Shown here: positions 58,256 to 64,000 of the stretch, piece by piece
Layout of the letters: every line of letters begins with the position of its first letter
How positions within the stretch are numbered: position 1 is the stretch's first letter
Source: Acidobacteriota bacterium
Lineage (GTDB): Bacteria > Acidobacteriota > UBA6911
NCBI GenBank assembly: GCA_963664705.1
Contig: OY761556.1
Span: 2,240,001 to 2,304,000, forward strand
DNA: 64,000 bases
Direction: 5' to 3'
Made by a program: the position numbers and the translations under genes
The notes under the pieces: model-generated
Database searches by the model: none
What the model was told of the DNA's origin: nothing
The model's input: the letters and a program-made list of their open reading frames with translations, nothing else

Positions 58256-60878
58256 CCGCCCGAGCCTTCGAGACTTTGAGTTCTCAAGGGTCTTTCGAAA
58301 ACTCAAGATCTCGAAGGCTCGAATTGTATCCTTTCTTTCCGCCGCATTGTTTTGTTCCCTTTTCTCATTCGCCAAGGAGCCGACCGGGGATTGGACCGAA
58401 AGAACGCTGAAAAGCCTGTCTTTGCGGGAAAAGATCGGCCAGTTGGTCCAGATCCGCGTTCCGGGAAAGTTCCTCAACCGGCAAGGATACGAATACCGTT
58501 CGATCCAGGAACAGATAAAAAGGAATCATGTCGGCGGAGTTGTGCTGTTTGCAGGCAGCGTGTATGAATCCGCTATTCTACTGAACGAACTGCAGGTTTC
58601 ATCCAAGGTACCGCTGCTCGTCGCAGCCGATTTCGAGCGTGGATTGTCGTTCCGAATCAATGACACAACTCCGTTTCCATGGACAATGGCTCTCGGGGCT
58701 GCGGGATCCGAAGAGTTTGCGTACGAACAGGGCTTCATCACAGGGAAGGAATCAAGGGCGCTGGGAGTCCACTGGATCTTCGCGCCGGTTGTCGATGTAA
58801 ACAACAATCCCGACAACCCTGTCATTAATATCCGTTCATTTGCGGAAGATCCGGCGCTTGTTGCGCGCCTCGGCACGGCCTTTATCCGGGGGGCGAAAAA
58901 AGCGCAAGTCCTGACAACGGCAAAGCACTTCCCCGGGCATGGAGACACCAACACGGATTCTCATCTCGGGCTGGCTGTAGTCGAGTCCGATCTGGAACGG
59001 CTGCAGTCGGTCGAATTCATACCCTTCAAGGAAGCCATCCAGGCCGGCGTCGACTCCATTATGACCGCGCATGTAGCGGTCCCGAATCTGACGGACTCTC
59101 CGACCATCCCGGCAACGCTCTCATGGAAGGTTCTTACCGATGTGCTGCGAAACAGGTTGAAATTCGATGGACTCGTTGTCACCGACGCCCTGGAAATGGG
59201 AGGCATCACGGAAAGCTACTGGGGAGGGCTGGCGGCGGTGCGGGCCTTGGAGGCCGGCGCCGATGTTCTGCTCCTGCCCCCCAATGCAACGGTGGCTATC
59301 AACGAAGTGGAACGCGCCGTGCTGCGCGGGGATATTCCCGAATCCCGGATCAATGAGTCGGTACGCAAAATTCTGAATGCAAAATATCGTCTGGGGCTTC
59401 AGACCGTACGGACCGTACCGCTCAAGCAGGTCGCGGATGTCATTGCCTTGCCGAAAAGTGCGCAACTGGCCCAGCAGATTGCCGATCACTCCATCACGGT
59501 CGTCAAAGATGACCAGCGGCTGCTTCCGGTAAGCCCGTTGAAAGATCCACAGATTTTCAGCCTGGTCCTCGCCTCCGATTTCGAGTCGACTCCGGGATCT
59601 GCCTTCCAGTCGGAGCTAAAACGTCACTTCAGCACCGTGCGCACCGCCTGGGGCAATGCCCGAATCCCCGACGACGTGATCGCCGGAATTGAAAAAGGCA
59701 TTGCCGGGTCCGACCTCGTCATCTGCTCCACGCTTGCCCGTCTCAGCTCGGGACAGGATTCGCTGGCCCTGCCAATCGTTCAGCAGAGCATTTTAAAGAA
59801 ACTGGCGGACTCAAAAAAACCCTTCATCTGGATCGCCTTCGGCAACCCTTATGTGCTCCGCCTCGTTCCGGAAACAGGCACCTACATTTGCACATTCAGC
59901 TATTCGGAGGTTTCCCAGATCGCCGCAGCGAAAGCCATCGCGGGGGCTATCCCGGTCGCGGGTAAAATGCCGGTTTCAATTCCCGGGCACTCCAGGATTG
60001 GGGATGGTCTTCAGATTCCCAAGCTGCCCATGTTGCTCCCCTGGGCCCCTTCGTCCGATCGTTTCATTTCCAGTACGCAGTTGCTGGACTCACTCATCCG
60101 TAACGGCGTCTTCAGGAGCACAGAAGTCCTCGCTGGATACAAAGGCCAAGTGATATTCGATTACTGCGCGGGTAAAACAGGCTCAGGAAATCAGGCAAAC
60201 AATGTCTCGCCAAAGACGACTTTCGATTTGGCCTCGTTATCCAAAGTTATTGCCACCAGTTCGGCTGCAATGATGGCCATCGATTCCGGCATACTTCTAC
60301 CCAGGACTCTTGTACAGGACTATTTACCCGAGCTCGCATCTGATTCGGTGTCAAAACTTCGAGTACAGGAATTGCTGAAGGATTTTTCCCAGGCCAATAC
60401 CGCAACTATGAATTCCCGTGCGGCTATCCTGAACAAGATAGTGGCGCGCGCCTCGGGCATGTCCACAGAACGCTACCTGGCGGAAACGCTTTGGGAACCT
60501 TTGGAAATCGAGACCCGCACGACACCCGGATCAGCAAATCTGAGGCTCAACGGTCACGATCTGGCCGTCCTGGCCCAGATGATAATAAATAAAGGAATGT
60601 ATGATCATCATCGCTTCCTGAAGCCCGACACAATAGCCCGGTATACATCAACCCAAGGGCTCTGGTCGAAACCGGCCGATTATAGCTGGATGATTCCACT
60701 TTTTTCGACATCCGCATTCGGCCATTTCTCACAATCCGGCCCGATGCTCTGGATTGATCCGGCAAGACAGCTGTTTGTCATTTTGCTGACGGAACCGAAT
60801 TCTGAAGATGCGTCGCGGTCAGAGGCGCAAAGACGACTGATGGAATCTATCCTCGCGGAAATTGCGGACAATAAATGA
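58248..60878 (+). CDS. GH3 beta-N-acetylglucosaminidase with degenerate C-terminal beta-lactamase-like domain
   Basis: ADFERG, APVVDVNNNP.NPVINIRSF, KHFPGHGDT..DSH, TDALEM; C-terminal FDLASLSK, FGH, LWIDP. Confidence 0.88.
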   Translation: MHDRPSLRDFEFSRVFRKLKISKARIVSFLSAALFCSLFSFAKEPTGDWTERTLKSLSLREKIGQLVQIRVPGKFLNRQGYEYRSIQEQIKRNHVGGVVLFAGSVYESAILLNELQVSSKVPLLVAADFERGLSFRINDTTPFPWTMALGAAGSEEFAYEQGFITGKESRALGVHWIFAPVVDVNNNPDNPVINIRSFAEDPALVARLGTAFIRGAKKAQVLTTAKHFPGHGDTNTDSHLGLAVVESDLERLQSVEFIPFKEAIQAGVDSIMTAHVAVPNLTDSPTIPATLSWKVLTDVLRNRLKFDGLVVTDALEMGGITESYWGGLAAVRALEAGADVLLLPPNATVAINEVERAVLRGDIPESRINESVRKILNAKYRLGLQTVRTVPLKQVADVIALPKSAQLAQQIADHSITVVKDDQRLLPVSPLKDPQIFSLVLASDFESTPGSAFQSELKRHFSTVRTAWGNARIPDDVIAGIEKGIAGSDLVICSTLARLSSGQDSLALPIVQQSILKKLADSKKPFIWIAFGNPYVLRLVPETGTYICTFSYSEVSQIAAAKAIAGAIPVAGKMPVSIPGHSRIGDGLQIPKLPMLLPWAPSSDRFISSTQLLDSLIRNGVFRSTEVLAGYKGQVIFDYCAGKTGSGNQANNVSPKTTFDLASLSKVIATSSAAMMAIDSGILLPRTLVQDYLPELASDSVSKLRVQELLKDFSQANTATMNSRAAILNKIVARASGMSTERYLAETLWEPLEIETRTTPGSANLRLNGHDLAVLAQMIINKGMYDHHRFLKPDTIARYTSTQGLWSKPADYSWMIPLFSTSAFGHFSQSGPMLWIDPARQLFVILLTEPNSEDASRSEAQRRLMESILAEIADNK

Positions 60879-60944
60879 AACGGAGCATCGCTTCGAAATT
60901 CGTCGCATCCATTCCGGCATGCGCCATTCCCTGCTTTTAATTGC

Positions 60945-63473
60945 ATGGACTTGCTTCCCATTGACCGGCACCTGCCGGAAATAGTTGCCACTTTGCAAAC
61001 CGAGCGCGCACTGGTCATTTCTGCCCCGCCCGGGGCAGGAAAGACGACCCGCATTCCGCGAGCCCTCTATGATGCCGGATTTGCCGGCAAGGGCGAAATC
61101 GTCATACTGGAGCCCAGAAGGCTGGCGGCCCGCCTGTCCGCAGCCCGCGTCGCTCAAGAACTTGGAGCCCGGATCGGAGATACGGTGGGGTATACCATCC
61201 GCTTCGAAAATGCGGCTGGTCCAAACACGCGGATGCGATTTGTTACCGAAGCCATCCTGGCGCGCCAGATGGTTCGGGATCCCAACCTCAAAGGGATTGC
61301 GACCGTCATTCTGGATGAATTTCACGAACGCCATCTTGCCAATGATCTCGCTCTGGCGTTTTTAAGGCGATTGCAGGCGGTAAAATCCGGTCCGAAAATT
61401 GTTGTCATGTCGGCGACACTGGATGTTGAGCCTATTTGCAAATTCCTGCAAGCGCCGTCCCTGTCGGCGCCCGGTTCGCCTTTCGATCTATCGATTGAAT
61501 ATGAAGAGAGAGCCAGCGATCGCCCGCTTCACGAAAAAATCGCATTTGCGGCCACGCGGCTCATCCGCTCCGGATTGGCAGGCGATGTCCTGGCATTCCT
61601 TCCCGGTTCGGCGGAAATCCGCCGTGCGGCAGAAGCGCTGAAACCCGTGGTCGAAAAACACGGAATGCTGCTTTTCCCTCTTCACGGTGACCTTCCGATT
61701 GCGGAACAAAAACGGGCTATTGAACCGACGCATGCAAAGAAAATCATTCTTGCAACCAACGTAGCCGAAACCTCGATCACGATTCCAGGAATCGCCGCTG
61801 TCATTGATTCCGGGTTCGCCAGAATAGCAGGACACTCCCCCTGGAGCGGTTTTCAGACGCTCTCAACGATGAAAATTGCGAAATCGTCCGCCATTCAAAG
61901 AGCGGGACGGGCGGGGCGGACGCAAGCCGGGCAGGTTCTTCGCCTGTACACACGAGCGGATTTTGAATCGCGTCCCGAATATGAAACACCGGAAATCCGG
62001 AGAGTGGATCTTGCTGAAACAGCCCTGCTGCTGCACGGCGCGGGCATCCGTGATCTGCAATCCTTTCCATGGTACGAATCCCCTGCGCCGGCATCGATAG
62101 AGGCGGCAGAAACGCTTCTGCACAAACTGAATGCCCTTGACGATTCAGGCGCGATGACAGCCAGCGGCAAACAGATGCTTCAACTGCCGATACATCCTCG
62201 TCTGGCCAAGCTTGTAATTGAAGGTACGCGACTCGGTCTCGCCGAAGAAAGCATCCTGCTTGCGGCTCTTTTGTCGGAACGGGATATCCGGCTGAGCACA
62301 AGAACCAGTTTTGCTTCACCATCAGGAAGGCACCATGCGGCCGCGGCAGAATCGGATTTGATCGAACAACTGGATTCGTTTCAAAGTGCGGAAACCACGG
62401 GATTCGATGCAGCGAGCATGAAAGCATCCGGGCTGGATCCAGCCGCTATTCAAGCGGTTCGAAGGGGGCGCCTCCAATTACAGAAATTGCTTTCCCCCGG
62501 CCATCCAGCCGAGTCCGGCTTGCTGAGAACCGAGGATGAGGGTCTGCTCATCGCCACCCTGTCCGCATTCCCGGATCGGGTTTTTAGAAAGCGGAAACCA
62601 GACTCACGAGAACTGCTCATGGCAGGAGGAGGATCGGCCACTCTCTCCCAGACAAGTGTTGTCCATGCTCCCATGTTTGGCGTTGCCGTCGCCGCCGAAG
62701 AGCGTCGGGATCCGGCACAAAAGACAGCAGGCATCGTCGTTCGCCTCGCCTCGGCGATTGATATGGACTGGCTCGGAGCACTCTTCCCGAATGATATTCT
62801 TGAGAAGAAGGAGTTGATCTGGAATGATCGCGGCGGGAGAGTAGAAGAGGTTCGCAAAACCTCCTTTGGACAGATCCTATTGGAGGAAAGAATTCTTCCG
62901 GCTGAACCATCCGATGAAGCGGCGGCGATTTTGGAATCCGCCTTGTGGGCGCGTCAACTTGCCGATATTCGCGATGCCGATGCCCTCCCCGAACTCCAGG
63001 CCAGGCTCTCGCTGCTTTCTCAATATCTTCCTGAAGAAAAAATTGCAGAACCCGGGCAAGGAGAAATTCGGGAGGTCGTTCATGCTTTGTGCCGCGGCAA
63101 GACACGGCTGGATGCGCTTTCGAGTCTATCGCTGCCAGGCGCATTTCTGGCGACACTCACCGATCGAGAGCGTTCTCTGGTCAACCGGGAGACTCCGGAA
63201 CGAGTCAAACTCAAGGCAGGACGTTCGGTAAAGATTCACTATGAGTCCGGAAAGCCGCCGTGGATTGAATCCAGGCTGCAGGATTTTTTTGGGATGTCGG
63301 CATCCCCTGCCATTTGCAATGCACGGGTGCCCCTGACTATTCATTTGCTTGCCCCCAATGGCCGAGCAGTGCAGGTAACCAGCGATCTCGCCGGATTCTG
63401 GAAAAAGCACTATCCTTCCATCCGAAAGGAACTGCAGCGCCGCTATCCCAAACATGCCTGGCCGGAACTGTGA
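60945..63473 (+). CDS. hrpB: ATP-dependent DEAH RNA helicase
   Basis: APPGAGKTT, DEFHER, MSAT, ATNVAETSITI, QRAGRAGR, RYPKHAWP. Confidence 0.95.
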   Translation: MDLLPIDRHLPEIVATLQTERALVISAPPGAGKTTRIPRALYDAGFAGKGEIVILEPRRLAARLSAARVAQELGARIGDTVGYTIRFENAAGPNTRMRFVTEAILARQMVRDPNLKGIATVILDEFHERHLANDLALAFLRRLQAVKSGPKIVVMSATLDVEPICKFLQAPSLSAPGSPFDLSIEYEERASDRPLHEKIAFAATRLIRSGLAGDVLAFLPGSAEIRRAAEALKPVVEKHGMLLFPLHGDLPIAEQKRAIEPTHAKKIILATNVAETSITIPGIAAVIDSGFARIAGHSPWSGFQTLSTMKIAKSSAIQRAGRAGRTQAGQVLRLYTRADFESRPEYETPEIRRVDLAETALLLHGAGIRDLQSFPWYESPAPASIEAAETLLHKLNALDDSGAMTASGKQMLQLPIHPRLAKLVIEGTRLGLAEESILLAALLSERDIRLSTRTSFASPSGRHHAAAAESDLIEQLDSFQSAETTGFDAASMKASGLDPAAIQAVRRGRLQLQKLLSPGHPAESGLLRTEDEGLLIATLSAFPDRVFRKRKPDSRELLMAGGGSATLSQTSVVHAPMFGVAVAAEERRDPAQKTAGIVVRLASAIDMDWLGALFPNDILEKKELIWNDRGGRVEEVRKTSFGQILLEERILPAEPSDEAAAILESALWARQLADIRDADALPELQARLSLLSQYLPEEKIAEPGQGEIREVVHALCRGKTRLDALSSLSLPGAFLATLTDRERSLVNRETPERVKLKAGRSVKIHYESGKPPWIESRLQDFFGMSASPAICNARVPLTIHLLAPNGRAVQVTSDLAGFWKKHYPSIRKELQRRYPKHAWPEL

Positions 63474-63590
63474 TGCCCCGGCAGTTCGTGGCCACCCGCT
63501 TGAACTTGCATGAAAGTTGGCCGATACTACACCCGTTCGCAGTTGTGAATTCAAAGCTATAAACGCATCATGCACCTGAAGGAGTATTCG

Positions 63591-64000
63591 ATGAAAAAGT
63601 CAGTAACGCGTACCGCTGTTTTTGTTCTTTCCGCCATACTCATACTGGCGGCCGGCGCTTTGCAGAATGCCAAAGCGCAGATTTTTACCCAGGACCTGAC
63701 AATGCATACAACAAGCACAAGCCCGGGCATGGGCGGCAGAGGCGGCGGCACAACGACTGGAACCGAATATTTCAGCAAGAATGCTACCAAAGTGACCTCT
63801 TCGGATGGAAACGATACCATCGTTCGTTTTGACGCCGAGAAGATCATTCTTATCGACAATAAACAGAAGACCTATAGCGAGATGACCTTTAAACAGTTGC
63901 AGGAGATGGTCAGCCAGGCAAGCGCCGTCCTCGGTCAATTGAGCGGAGAACAGGCTGCGGCGATGAAGAAAATGATGGGAGGCCAGATGTCTGCTCCGGT
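63591..64000 (+). CDS. secreted DUF4412-like protein (3' truncated by window edge)
   Basis: Not in the ORF track; MKKSVTRTAVFVLSAILILAAGALQNAKA|QIF..., IILIDNKQKTYSEMT; AAGGAG RBS; open to window end. Confidence 0.7.
   Translation, partial: MKKSVTRTAVFVLSAILILAAGALQNAKAQIFTQDLTMHTTSTSPGMGGRGGGTTTGTEYFSKNATKVTSSDGNDTIVRFDAEKIILIDNKQKTYSEMTFKQLQEMVSQASAVLGQLSGEQAAAMKKMMGGQMSAP

Overview
About 55% GC bacterial chromosomal window. Gene content suggests an anaerobic Acidobacteriota-like organism (inference only: TPR/carboxypeptidase-like secreted protein, ECF sigma + Ser/Thr kinase pair, Tat-ferredoxin/AOR pair, NIF-type Fe-S system). It holds about 55 CDSs: purF 3' end; a Mo/W-enzyme neighbourhood (orphan xanthine-oxidase-family subunit, a DVU_155x-like cluster, AOR + Tat ferredoxin, thiolase); a DUF2760 + two Hsp70-like operon; nifU-nifS; a TetR-TolC-MFP-RND efflux operon; gpsA; a seven-gene operon joining an ABC transporter, an AAA+ ATPase, PspA and a binding-protein/OmpA fusion; moaA, trxB, pgm, hrpB and others. 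Most notable: (1) a 1.54-kb HUH (Y1) transposase element flanked by a perfect 59-bp direct repeat, with stuttered inverted termini, which is not how characterised Y1 elements behave; (2) a radical SAM gene split by an in-frame UGA that reads as selenocysteine; (3) the PspA/AAA+/ABC/OmpA operon, reminiscent of ESCRT-III/Vps4. No rRNA, tRNA or CRISPR array was recognised. Family names come from motif recognition and memory, not database searches.
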